A DNA stretch of 64,000 nucleotides from Eledone cirrhosa (Eukaryota), in contig OZ024741.1 in assembly GCA_964016885.1 (NCBI GenBank), positions 12,772,001 to 12,836,000 of the forward strand. Direction: 5' to 3'. Positions 40,838-52,330 of this stretch are shown piece by piece (positions within the stretch are counted from its first letter, which is position 1; each line of letters begins with the position of its first letter). The notes under the pieces are model-generated. The model ran no database searches, was not told the origin of the DNA, and worked only from the letters and a program-made list of their open reading frames with translations. Position numbers and translations under genes: made by a program.

Positions 40838-41469
40838 TTGTATATATATATATATATATATAAATAAAGTGTTTGCGGTACAGAGACAGGAAGACTGTAC
40901 AATACTCGGTATGTGTTTATGTACAGAGTTTGGGGTAGCAATTAGTAAAATTCCAACGGAGTGGCCCTCGTTAGGCTTTTACTAATTACTGTATATAAAC
41001 ACACACGCACACACACACACACATGAGTCAGTATATCGGTTTTCCATATCAATCTCTCTTTCACTCTATTTTTGTTCATTCAGATATTTGTTGTTTAACC
41101 TCAAGTAGTAACAGATTAAGGTCGGGGGTGGTTGACTAACCCTACAATTTTTAAAGGGACCTAAATTGTTTGCTACCGTAAATAATATGAAAGGGCCCTG
41201 ACTAAAATTTCTGTCCACGGACTCCAAGCCTAATGTCTCTGTCCTAAGAGCAATACACCTTTTTTCTCTTTTTTTTTTCCTTACACACGATATACATATA
41301 GCGTTTCCTTTCTTTCTTTTTAACATAGTAATGTTTCACTTGTAGGTTGATGTTGGCTGCTATTTCTAGCAATACACAAGGTCCCGATTAAAATGTCTGT
41401 CTTAAGCCCCATACAAGCTTGATCTGTTTGTCCTAAAAGCAGTATTAATTTGTTTTTGTACACACATCA

Positions 41470-41637
41470 TGGGTCGGACGGATACTTAACAGCATAGAGT
41501 TATGGCCCTTTACAATATGAGTTCAAATCCCGCCGAGGTTAACTTTGCCTTTCATCCTTACGGGGTCGATAAAATAAAGTACCATTAATGTACTGGGATA
41601 ATTGCTGGCCTTGTGCCGAAAGTAGAAACAATTATTA
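41470..41637 (+). mobile_element. tRNA-SINE family A (further copies ~45045-45222, 46062-46260, 47113-47258, 47628-47762, 49910-50083, 51585-51740)
   Basis: Shared B-box, core and tail sequence. Confidence 0.88.
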
Positions 41638-41995
41638 CATGTCTAGGCCTACGATGTATAATGTTTCCTTCCTTCTGTTTTTAATATAGTAATATATGAC
41701 TTGAGGTTGGTGTTAGCTGCTATTTCTAGTCCAACCAGTGACCATGGAGACCAACATTTCAAGCGTCTAGAAATGTTGTTGTTGTTTCTTTGTTTTATTG
41801 TTTGTCTGTTCCAGGGAAACGAAACTAAATTTACTTACACCAACACCACACGCCACCCCAACTACACTCCCCCCACATACACACCGCCCCAACACCGAAC
41901 ACCCACCACCCCTCCCACCCAGCCACCACTATATAATTACTAACAATGGAATGGTTTGTCAACGAAATACTCAGCTACATATAATGGAATGTTTC

Positions 41996-44551
41996 AGTAG
42001 TAGTAGTGGTAGTAGTGGTGGTGGTGGTGGTGGTGGTGTTTGTTGTGGTGGTAGTGGTGTTTGTGGTGGTAGTAGTGGTGGTGGTCGTGTTTGTGGTGGT
42101 GGTAGTAGTGGTGGTGGTGGTGGTGCCAGTTGTGGTGGTAGTGGTGGTAGTGGTGGTGGTGCCAGTTGTGGTGGTGGTGGTGGTGCCAGTTGTGGTGCCA
42201 GTTGTGGTGGTGGTGGTGGTGCCAGTTGTAGTGGTGGTGGTGGTGGTGGTGCCAGTTGTGGTGGTGGTGGTGGTGGTGCCAGTTGTGGTGGTAGTGGTGG
42301 TGGTGGTGTTTGTGGTGGTGGTGGTGGTGGTGGTGCCAGTTGTGGTGGTGGTGGTGGTGGTGCCAGTTGTAGTGGTGGTGGTGTTTGTGGTGGTGGTGGT
42401 GGTGTTTGTGGTGGTGGTGGTGGTGCCAGTTGTGGTGGTGGTGGTGGCGGTGCCAGTTGTGGTGGTGGTGGTGGTGCCAGTTGTGGTGGTAGTGGTGGTG
42501 GTGGTGTTTGTGGTGGTGGTGGTGGTGTTTGTGGTGGTGGTGGTGGTGGTGGTGCCAGTTGTGGTGGTAGTAGTGGTGGTGGTGGTGCCAGTTGTGGTGG
42601 TGGTGGTGGTGGTGCCAGTTGTGGTGGTGGTGCCAGTTGTGGTGGTAGTGGTGGTGGTGGTGGTGTTTGTGGTGGTGGTGGTGGTGCCAGTTGTGGTGGT
42701 AGTGGTGGTGGTGGTGGTGGTGGTGCCAGTTGTGGTGGTAGTGGTGGTGGTGGTGGTGCCAGTTGTGGTGGTGGTGGTGGTGCCAGTTGTGGTGGTAGTG
42801 GTGGTGGTGGTGGTGTTTGTGGTGGTGGTGGTGGTGCCAGTTGTGGTGGTAGGGGTGGTGGTGGTGGTGGTGGTGCCAGTTGTGGTGGTAGTGGTGGTGG
42901 TGGTGGTGCCAGTTGTGGTGGTGGTGGTGGTGCCAGTTGTGGTGGTGGTGCCAGTTGTGGTGGTGGTGCCAGTTGCGATGGTGGTGGTGGTGCCAGTTGT
43001 GGTGGTGGTGGTGGTGCCAGTTGTGATGGTGGTGGTGGTGCCAGTTGTGATGGTGGTGGTGGTGCCAGTTGTGATGGTGGTGGTGGTGCCAGTTGTGGTG
43101 GTGGTGGTGGTGCCAGTTGTGGTGGTGGTGCCAGTTGTGGTGGTGGTGCCAGTTGTGGTGGTGGTGGTGGAGCCAGTTGTGGTGGTGGTGGTGGTGCCAG
43201 TGGTGGTGGTGGTGCCAGTTGTGATGGTGGTGGTGGTGCCAGTTGTGATGGTGGTGGTGGTGCCAGTTGTGGTGGTGGTGGTGGTGGTGCCAGTTGTGAT
43301 GGTGGTGGTGGTGCCAGTTGTGATGGTGGTGGTGGTGCCAGTTGTGATGGTGGTGGTGGTGCCAGTTGTGATGGTGGTGGTGGTGCCAGTTGTGGTGGTG
43401 GTGGTGGTGCCAGTTGTGGTGGTGGTGCCAGTTGTGATGGTGGTGGTGGTGCCAGTTGTGGTGGTGGTGGTGGTGCCAGTTGTGGTGGTGGTGCCAGTTG
43501 TGGTGGTGGTGGTGGTGCCAGTGGTGGTGGTGGTGCCAGTTGTGATGGTGGTGGTGGTGCCAGTTGTGATGGTGGTGCCAGTTGTGGTGGTGGTGGTGGT
43601 GCCAGTGGTGGTGGTGGTGCCAGTTGTGGTGGTGGTGGTGGTGCCAGTTGTGGTGGTGGTGCCAGTTGTGGTGGTGGTGGTGGTGCCAGTGGTGGTGGTG
43701 GTGCCAGTTGTGGTGGTGGTGGTGGTGGTGCCAGTTGTGATGGTGGTGGTGGTGTCAGTTGTGATGGTGGTGGTGGTGCCAGTTGTGGTGGTGGTGGTGG
43801 TGGTGGTGGTGCTAGTTGTGGTGGTGGTGCCAGTTGTGGTGGTGGTGGTGGTGCCAGTTGTGGTGGTGGTGGTGGTGCCAGTTGTGGTGGTGGTGGTGGT
43901 GGTGGTGCCAGTTGTGTTGGTGGTGGTGGTGGTGGTGGTGCCAGTTGTGATGGTGGTGCCAGTTGTGATGGTGGTGGTGGTGCCAGTTGTGGTGGTGGTG
44001 GTGGTGCCAGTTGTGGTGGTGGTAGTGGTGGTCCCAGTTGTGGTGGTGGTGGTGGTGCCAGTTGTGGTGGTGGTAGTGGTGGTGCCAGTTGTGGTGGTGG
44101 TAGTGGTGGTGCCAGTTGTGGTGGTGGTGGTGGTGCCAGTTGTGATGGTGGTGGTGGTGCCAGTTGTGGTGGTGGTCGTGGTGGTGCCAGTTGTGGTGGT
44201 AGTGGTGGTGCCAGTTGTGGTGGTGGTGGTGGTGATAGTGCCAGTTGTGGTGGTGGTGGTGGTGCCAGTTGTGGTGGTGGTAGTGGTGGTGCCAGTTGTG
44301 ATGGTGGTGGTGGTGCCAGTTGTGATGGTGGTGGTGGTGCCAGTTGTGATGGCGGTGGTGGTGCCAGTTGTGGTGGTGGTCGTGGTGGTGCCAGTTGTGG
44401 TGGTAGTGGTGGTGCCAGTTGTGGTGGTGGTGGTGGTGATGGTGCCAGTTGTGATGGTGGTAGTGGTAGTGGTGGTGGTGGTGGTGCCAGTTGTGATGGT
44501 GGTAGTGGTGGTGGTGGTGGTGGTGGTGCCAGTTGTGATGGTGGTAGTGGT
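41996..44551. repeat. Compound (GGT)n-GCCAGTTGT triplet-phase minisatellite, ~2.55 kb
   Basis: GGT runs punctuated by GCCAGTTGT, GTTTGT and GAT. Open in several frames. Confidence 0.95.
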
Positions 44552-44604
44552 GTAGTCAGAGTACATGACCAGTTTATAGGTACAAAATAATATCCTTTCT
44601 CTCC

Positions 44605-44960
44605 CTCACACACGCCCCCAATACACACTCCTCCCCCCACTCACAGCTACTCCCCCACACACACACCCCTCCCCACACTCACCTACTCCCCACACACACA
44701 CCCCTCCACCACACTCCTCTACTCCTCACACACACACGCCCCTCCCCCACGCTCACCTACTCCCCCCACACACACACCCATCTCCACACACCCGACTCCC
44801 CCCCACACACATACCCCTCCCCCACACTCACCCCTCCCCCACGCTCACCTACTCCCCTCACACTCACCTACTCCCCTCACACTCACCTACTCCCCCACAC
44901 TCACCTACTCCCCCCACACTCACCTACTCCCCCACACTCACCTACTCCCCCCCCCCCACA
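44605..44960. repeat. C-rich ~19 bp repeat (CACACTCACCTACTCCCC), G-quadruplex potential on the minus strand
   Basis: Repeated C4-C6 runs with short spacers. Confidence 0.75.
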
Positions 44961-45515
44961 GCCCTCCATTCAACATATCCAGCTGTGCTTTCACCTCCTA
45001 TTTCTTACCTTTTACCTACGTTAATAATCGTTTGGCAATAATTTGAAGAGCATTGGACAACATGCTTTGCAGCATAGAGTTATGGCCCTTTACATTCTGA
45101 TTTCAAATCTCGCCGAGCTTAGCTTTGCCTTTCATCCTTGCGACGTCGATAAAATAAAGTACCAGTGATGCACTGGTGTCAATTTAATCGACTTTTCCCT
45201 CCACCTAAATTGCTGGCCTTGGATTGTCAGAACTATTAAAGGGGCAGACAGATACTTTATACTATTTCTTCTTTACATTGTGAGTTGAAGCCCTGTTGAG
45301 GCCATCTTTACATTGCATCCTTCTATTTAGCCATTGCCTTTAGGTGAGACAGTAAACACAACTTGTCTCTGTTTCCCCATCAAGGTTTGTAGGAGGTCTT
45401 GTTAATTCCACTGTCTCTTGCTATGTGTGTGTGTGTGTGTGTGACAGCGCACACCTATGCAGGTTTAGCTGGCCTCCTCCAAGCTATATCTCGTTGGAGG
45501 TGTCTTGGTTGATTT

Positions 45516-45685
45516 AATGATAGGGACCCCAGTCCTATCATCTCATTTCTACAGCTGAGTAAACTGGAGCAACGTGAAATAAAGTGTCTTGCTCAAGGAA
45601 ATAACACATCACCCGGTCTGAGAATTGAACTCACAACCTTTCGATTGCAAGGCCAATGCTCGAACCACTAAGCCATGCGCCTTCA
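45516..45685 (-). mobile_element. tRNA-SINE family B (also ~52560-52762, 53189-53358)
   Basis: Minus strand GGCTTAGTGGTT (A box), GAGTTCAATTC (B box), CCTTGAGCAAGACACTTTATTTCAC core. The 45516 and 53189 copies share the same hairpin-bounded truncation point. Confidence 0.85.
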
Positions 45686-46597
45686 CTATCTTGCTATGTG
45701 TCCTGGTATCTGATCTGAGCTTTCTGGTAGACGAGATTGCCCACAACAACAGGTCTGAAACCATTTCATCTTCTGTCCAGAAACAGTGACCAGCAAACCT
45801 TGTACGACATTCAGTATCTGATTAAGCTTGGGATGGGTCAACCGAGGACTATTTTGAGCCTTTCTCAGAAAGGTAGTGTAACATCTATCTAAATGGCTCT
45901 GTAGATGGGAGTGCAAGATTCAAGTCACAGAACAATAGAGAAGGGTAGGCTCTACAATTGTTCTAAACAGGCAGATTTTGTTCGGTATATTTTGATTTCC
46001 AAATTTTATCCAGCTTATAAAATGCATGCCAGGCCAGGACTTTACGTATTTGAAATAAACAAGGGGCGGTGGATTGGCAGTATCGGTAAAGGGTCGGGCG
46101 CCATGCTTTGCAGCATAGAGTTACGGCTCTTTATGGTCTGAGTTCAAATCCCGCCGAAGTTAACTTTGCCGTTCATCCTTACGGGGTCGATAAAATAAAG
46201 TACCAGTAATACACTGGAATAATTGCTGGCCTTGTGCCAAAAGTAGAAACAATTATTATTGGACTCTTCAGTTGGTTCTAAGACATGACAACCACCCTAG
46301 TGCTGATGCCATGATAACAGCACATTGTAGGGTGTAGGAACATATGTAAGTGAGGTGCAGTCGCCCCCCCCCCCCTCCTCCTCCTTATTAGAGGGATCTA
46401 CACCTCCAATTAAGTACAAAATTGGTATCTGATGACCCGACCAACCCCTGCAGGAAGAATAGATATTAACCAATATTGTTGAGACTGTTGACAGAGGAAT
46501 GAAGGTAGCTCCAAAATAGAGACATAACCTGAATACTTACAACTGAGTGCATTTTGTTGAAGGCACATAAGGGCCAGGTGATGGTGGTGCTGTTTAA

Positions 46598-46800
46598 CCC
46601 TTTAGCATTTAAACCAGCCATATCCGGCCAGAATTCCCTCACTTCTTTCTGTTCAAACTGGCTGTAACTAGCCACTCGTACTTAGGTTAAGGTATTGTTC
46701 TTAAAATTAATAATACCAAAATCTCATAGATTCAATATTATGTGAGTTATTATATAGGATAAAGCCTTTACTGAGAAAATACAGTAGTATATATAAAGGG
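46598..46800. mobile_element. piggyBac-like MITE
   Basis: TTAA|CCCTTTA...TAAAGGG|TTAA. Homologous copy at 51806-52022. Confidence 0.8.
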
Positions 46801-47762
46801 TTAAATGGGTAACAAAGTTTACTACCTGAGTAGACCAGAGAAGAATTTGATCTCAGAATACAAAGAATTAGAAGAAATATGGCAAAACAACTCATCTGAT
46901 GTTCTTATTACTCCAATCTGCCTTTATTGATTATTGAAAAGATGAAAAGAAATCTTGGGCATCACAGGATTTGAACTCTGGGCACAGAGAACCAAGACTG
47001 ATACTGAAAATCATTTTGTGTAACACCCTAACAACACTACCATTTTGTTTATTATCCTGCTAAGGTCAACTTTCATTCCATTGAGATATAATTGTTTCTA
47101 CTTTTGGCACCATGCATAGAGTTACGGCCCTTGCCATTCTGAGTTCAAATCCCGCCGAGGTTAACTTTGCCTTTCATCCTTACGGGGTCGATAAAATAAA
47201 ATACCAGTAATGCACTGGGTAATTGCTGGCCTTGTGCCAAAAGTAGAAACAATTATTTAGTTTGTTGTCATTGTTATTAAGGCAGTCAATTTGACAAAGT
47301 CCTTACAGTATTGGACATTTCTTCTGGGTCTTTACATTCTGAGTTTAGATTCTACTGAGGTCTACTTTGTCTTCCATCCTTTTGGAATCAATAAAGAAAA
47401 TACCAAGTCCATGCTGGTGCAGCCATTTCTCCTTCCAGCTGTCACATCCTGGATCTTCTACTGGGTCAAAGGAGTGATGGCCATGAAAGTGACTGTTTCC
47501 TCTTGGGACTATATCAGAACCTTAATCTTATAGCGAAACAAAATTACATTCTAACTACCAAGTCATACTCGATTGCAAGTGATTACTGTAATTTTTTTTA
47601 TTGTTATTGCTGTTGTTTTTATTGTTATGGATTGGCAGTATCGGTAAAGCGTAGGACACCATGCTTTTCCGCATAGAGTTACGGCCCTTTATGATCTGAA
47701 TTCAAATCCTGCCAAGGTTAACTTTGCCTTTCATCCTTTCGGGGTCGATAAAATAAAGTACC

Positions 47763-48755
47763 TTGACGGAGCTGCAGTCCTGGATAAGGCAAAGACCAAG
47801 GGATAGCGCTTGGAAGCTGGAATGTCTCCAAGCGCTCACCGTCCTCTACCAGCTGCACACTAGTATCGGTGGAACATCCACCTCGGCGTTCTATAGAGGG
47901 CTAGTGGAGGGAAAGAGCGACGACGTTCTCGGGGAGACCATGGGCATCGAAGACGATCAGCTGTTCGCTCTCTTCCAGATAACTTTCAGACCGGAGCCTA
48001 TGGACAACTTCCAGAAATCCCTGGCCTGGCAGTGCTACTGGGGATAAGCTCTACAAGCACGGAAGTGCTGTCTGCCGAGCCTGTCTGAGATGCGCGCAGG
48101 GCGACAAAACCGTCCTGCACGCACTCGTTCAGTGCCCGAGGATTGCTGGCTTGTGGAGCTATGTCGAGCAGCTACTGTCGCATGTAGGACGGATCCGGGT
48201 ACTGACTGAGTCCATTGTGCAGATAGCCCCGCCATCCTCCTTTAAAGAGGAGGAAGGGCAGGCAGTTTTCATCTGCCTGGTGGCAATGGCGAAAGAGATT
48301 GTGTGGTGGAAAAGGTTGAAATGGCTGAAGACGGACACTTTCCTCTTCGGCCAATCCCTGATTAACTTTTTCAAGTTTCACTTGAAGAGAAAAATCAGGG
48401 CGGAGAGGCATGTGCTGTCTTCTAGTAAGTTTCTTGAATTGTGGGTGAAAGTGGCGAGTCTGCTCCGAGTAAATGGGCCCGCTCTCAGTATGCCCCTGTA
48501 GACTGAGGAGTGGGAAAACTGAGAGAGGGCACTTGCTCTGGTGGTCAGGGTGGCCGTGGTCTTTTGTGTGGTTTTTGCCACGAGTGACCCTCGGAAGTTT
48601 CCCCCTTATTGGGGAATTTTTTGTTGTTTGATTTTTTTTATATTTCTATCTTGTTTACACAGCCAAAACCCACTTTGTATCGTCCTCTACTGTTCTGTGC
48701 CGTCTCTAATGTTTTTCTTCGTGTCAGCCCTTGTGGCCAATAAAGAAACCATTAT
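47763..48755 (+). pseudogene. 5'-truncated Tx1/L1-clade LINE (ORF2 C-terminal zinc knuckle plus 3'UTR)
   Basis: SLAWQCY..DKL..CLRC...TVLHALVQCPRIAGLW..AKEIVWWKR..F.ELW: a CX2CX7HX4C zf-RVT motif. Frameshifted. Ends AATAAAGAAACCATTATT. Confidence 0.85.
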
Positions 48756-48783
48756 TGTTAGTATTATTATTTGTATTATTCAG

Positions 48784-48963
48784 TTGTGTCAACTCAGCCC
48801 CACATAGAAAACATCAAGTATGGTAGTAGCATGGCTCAGTCTCCTCATCAAGGTTTAGATGTTCCAGATGCTCAGATCCAAGAAACTCTAACTCACTTAA
48901 TGCAAGGTCATGACTTCTTGTTGCCAGGGACAACTCAGTCGGCAAACCATGGACCAAGCCATC
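48784..48963 (+). CDS. CCDC125: CCDC125-like exon 2 (180 bp, phase 1-1)
   Basis: ttcag| acceptor and |gtaagt donor. Open frame VVSTQPHIEN...GPSH, phase-compatible with both neighbours. No homology recognised. Confidence 0.68.
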
Positions 48964-49024
48964 GTAAGTGACCTTTGATTATTTCATAGTATAGTATGAT
49001 CTTCAAAACGTTGTTACTGTTGTT

Positions 49025-49645
49025 TATAGCCCCAGGTCAAACCTATGATTAAAGGTGTTCCAACAGTGACCATCCCATATTTACCCCCAGGTCAGTCTTG
49101 ACCCTGAAAACCTATCATTAAAGGTGTTTCAACAGTGACCATCCCATATTTAGCCCCAGGTCGGTCTTGACCCTGCAATCCTATCATTAAAGGTGTTCCA
49201 ACAGTGACCATCCCATATTTAGCCCCAGGTCAGTCTTGACCCTGCAAACCTATCATTAAAGGTGTTCCAACAGTGACCATCCCATATTTAGCCCCAGGTC
49301 AGTCTTGACCCTGCAAACCTATCATTAAAGGTGTTCCAACAGTGACCATCCCATATTTAGCCCCAGGTCAGTCTTGACCCTGCAAACCTATCATTAAAGG
49401 TGTTCCAACAGTGACCATCCCATATTTAGCCCCAGGTCAGTCTTGACCCTGCAAACCTATCATTAAAGGTGTTCCAGCAGTGACCATCCCATATTTAGCC
49501 CCAGGTCAGTCTTGACCCTGCAAACCTATCATTAAAGGTGTTCCAGCAGTGACCATCCCATATTTAGCCCCAGGTCAGTCTTGACCCTGCAAACCTATCA
49601 TTAAAGGTGTACCAACAGTGACCATCCCAATAGTGACCATCCCAA
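49025..49645. repeat. 69 bp tandem array, ~9 copies
   Basis: CCCCAGGTC at 49154, 49223, 49292 and onward. Confidence 0.95.
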
Positions 49646-50403
49646 TGCAGTAATCATGTTCTTTTCTGTGTGAATTCTTGAGGGTCAGCTGAAAAGTTCA
49701 TAGACTGACCAAGATACTTTCATGGAATGACCAAATGAGGTTTATTTTTCAACATAGTCCCTACAGAGAAAAAATGTAGTTATTAATTACTAATTAAGAG
49801 TTGAAATTAATGCATGCAAGATTTCACAGTTCTAGCATCACTCCTTCATAGTCAGCCTATGAACTTCTCAGCTGACCCAACCCTTGTAGTTAAAGAGTAT
49901 GCCTTGCAATCTGGCAGAGGGTCGGACACCATGCTTTGATGCATAAAGTTTCGACTCTTGCCATTCTGAGTTCAAATCCCACCGAGATTAACTTTGTCTT
50001 TCATCCTTACGGGGTCGATAAAATAAAGTACCAGTAATGCACTGGTTAATTGCTGGCCTTGTGCCAAAAGTAGAAACAATTATATCTTGAGTTTGATCCT
50101 GCTGTGGGATATCTTATGGGGTAAGGATCAGTTACTATTACCTCAGGTCAACCCATGTCTTGTGAGTGAAATTGTGTACATGGAAAGTGTTTGGAAGTGC
50201 ATTGATTTGAGTGTAATTTAAAAGGTCAGCCTTGTCTCACAAAATTCAATGCTGAATCTCCTTGAGAATTACGTTAATGCTACTCAGGCACTTACTTCTT
50301 AATTTCTTGTGCAGTCTGTTCATTGATCAAACAACTGGAACAATCTGACAGAACTCCATTCCAGACTTTTCTGTGTTTTCATTTTTATGTTTTTCCATTT
50401 TAG

Positions 50404-50477
50404 CTCTCGTAAAGAAGCTTCGTTTGAAACAAGGCAGAAAAAAGGACATTGAAAAGAAATTGATATATATGATTCAG
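50404..50477 (+). CDS. CCDC125: CCDC125-like exon 3 (74 bp, phase 1-0)
   Basis: Polypyrimidine tract, ttttag| acceptor, CAG|gtaatt donor. LVKKLRLKQGRKKDIEKKLIYMIQ. Confidence 0.8.
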
Positions 50478-50599
50478 GTAATTAAACCTTTGCAAACTTC
50501 CATTTGTAATTTTACCAAATTAATCAGGTTTGTTTTAATGAGCCCCTGTTTACTGTGAAGATTTGTAGTTTAATTTTTTTTTTATTGTGAAATAAACAT

Positions 50600-50856
50600 T
50601 TATTTACAATAGTTTATAACTTTGCTTATTAATCCGTATGGTGAGCAAATGGGGTCCCATGTGCTGCCCTCCCCACAGCCCCGACAGACAGGATGGAGAA
50701 GGTTTCCCCGGAGGATGGTAAGGGAGACGCGCTGGAAGAGCCATTCCAACTCGCAAGGCTCACACCTGCAGCTGGCTATGGTGAATAGGGAGGTAGCCCT
50801 AGGGCCAAGGACACCAGAAGTCTCCACTGCCAAGGGCACGACCGTGAACCTGTAGT
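50600..50856 (-). pseudogene. CRE-like (restriction-like endonuclease) LINE C-terminal fragment
   Basis: FTVVPLAVETSGVLGP...WLFQRVSLTILRGN matches the F.P.AVET.G..G...LFQR.S.AI.RGN tail of CRE-clade elements. Confidence 0.75.
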
Positions 50857-51094
50857 TTAATGGTTAGGATGTTTGGCTCACAATTGTAAGGTCATAAGTT
50901 CCATTTCTAGCTGGGTCTCCTGCCAGTTGGATTTGCTGTGATCTCTCAATACAGAGAAGTAGCAGCTCTACCTGGAGTGACTCTCTCATCTCCAAGCTAC
51001 ACTATCAAGTAACGTTACTCTAAAGACCCTTCAAACTCCCCCCCCCCCCCCAGGTTATTGACCTTGTACCTTAATAAGAAACCAATATTTCTAG

Positions 51095-51181
51095 GAAGTT
51101 GAAGAAATCAAGACAGAGTTTGAAAATTGTCAACTGAGGCTGGAATCTAAATATGAAGCTATTAGAATATTGAAAAGACAG
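51095..51181 (+). CDS. CCDC125: CCDC125-like exon 4 (87 bp, phase 0-0)
   Basis: ttctag| acceptor, CAG|gtgaga donor. EVEEIKTEFENCQLRLESKYEAIRILKRQ resembles CCDC125 EVEMLKTELEASQRQLRGKEEALKILQ. Confidence 0.88.
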
Positions 51182-51219
51182 GTGAGATATATTCAAATAT
51201 TATATCATTACTATTTCTT

Positions 51220-51527
51220 ATTGTTGTTGATGCTGTTGTTGTTAATGTAATTGTTGTTGTTATTGTTTTTGTTGTTTTTATTGTCGTTTTTTGTTGTTGA
51301 TCTTTTTTTTTCATTTTTTTATGTTGTTGATGTCTGTTTTTGTTGTTGATGAGGATGTTGTTGTGTTAGTTGTTGTTTTTATTGTTAATGTTGCTGGTGG
51401 TATTTTTGTTGTTATTGATGATGATGTTGTTATTGTTATTGATGATGTTGTTCTTGTCATTAATGTTGCTGATGTTGTTGTTAATGGTGCTATTGCTGCT
51501 GCTGATGATGATGATGTTGTCTTCTGA
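51220..51527. repeat. Degenerate (GTT/GAT)n microsatellite
   Basis: Direct reading of the sequence. Confidence 0.9.
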
Positions 51528-51805
51528 TTTTGTCAATATTAAATATTCTATTACCATTGTCTGGTTTTTGACTCTTGGTTTACCATGGTGGATTGACAGA
51601 ATCGGCAGATCACTAGATGAAAAAGATCTTATAGTATTTAGTTACAGCACTGCGATCAGCTGTGCTTTTCACCCTCTTGGGGTCAATAAAATAACGTACC
51701 AGTCATATACTGGTGCAATAACTCCTTTACCTCTTCCCCATTTTCTCATTACTTAATTTTGTTTTTATCTTTCTTTTTCATATTTATGTTATCATTGGTC
51801 TTTAG

Positions 51806-52022
51806 CCCTTTAGCATTTAAACCAGCCATAACCAGCCAAAATTCTTTCACCTCTTTCTGTTTAAACCAGCCACAACCGGCCACCCATACTTATGTTAAGG
51901 TATTATTCTCAAAATATATAATATCAAAATTTCGTAGATTCAATATTATGCGAGATAATTATATGATAAAGTGTTAACCATAAAAATAAAATAGTATATA
52001 GAGTAATATAAATGCTAAGGGG
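51806..52022. mobile_element. piggyBac-like MITE (second copy)
   Basis: TTAG|CCCTTTAGCATTTA...TAAATGCTAAGGGG|TTAA. Confidence 0.8.
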
Positions 52023-52211
52023 TTAAGCCAACTTTGTGAATATTTGTAATGTTATACAACTGTGAATAATAAAACTACATAGTTAATCTCCACTACTAGA
52101 GAGCTCCATTCCTCACTTTCATCTCCCTCCCATCATTACTCTACTATCTCTGTAAACACACTTTTGTATTTGACTTGAAAGCAGAAAAGTATTCATTTGA
52201 GGTCTCCTGAC

Positions 52212-52330
52212 TATTATCATCATCATCATCATCATCAACGTTTAACGTCCGTGTTCCACGCTTGCATGGGTTTGGACGGGGGTAGTCCCACTTGAGGCAA
52301 GAGTGATTGTCTTGCTCGCATAGGACTGTC
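52212..52330 (-). mobile_element. RTE 3' tail fragment (related tails at ~52965-53185, 53565-53615, 54405-54515, 59880-59925)
   Basis: Nearly identical in reverse complement to 39189-39317. Confidence 0.85.

Noticed and set aside
41971-44640. Poly-Pro, poly-Thr and poly-Val ORFs (also 58187-59611)
   Set aside because: Alternative frames of triplet repeats with no codon diversity.
45905-45944. Possible extra 40 bp exon (ctgtag|...|gtaggc)
   Set aside because: Weak pyrimidine tract, and it would shift the frame between exons 1 and 2.
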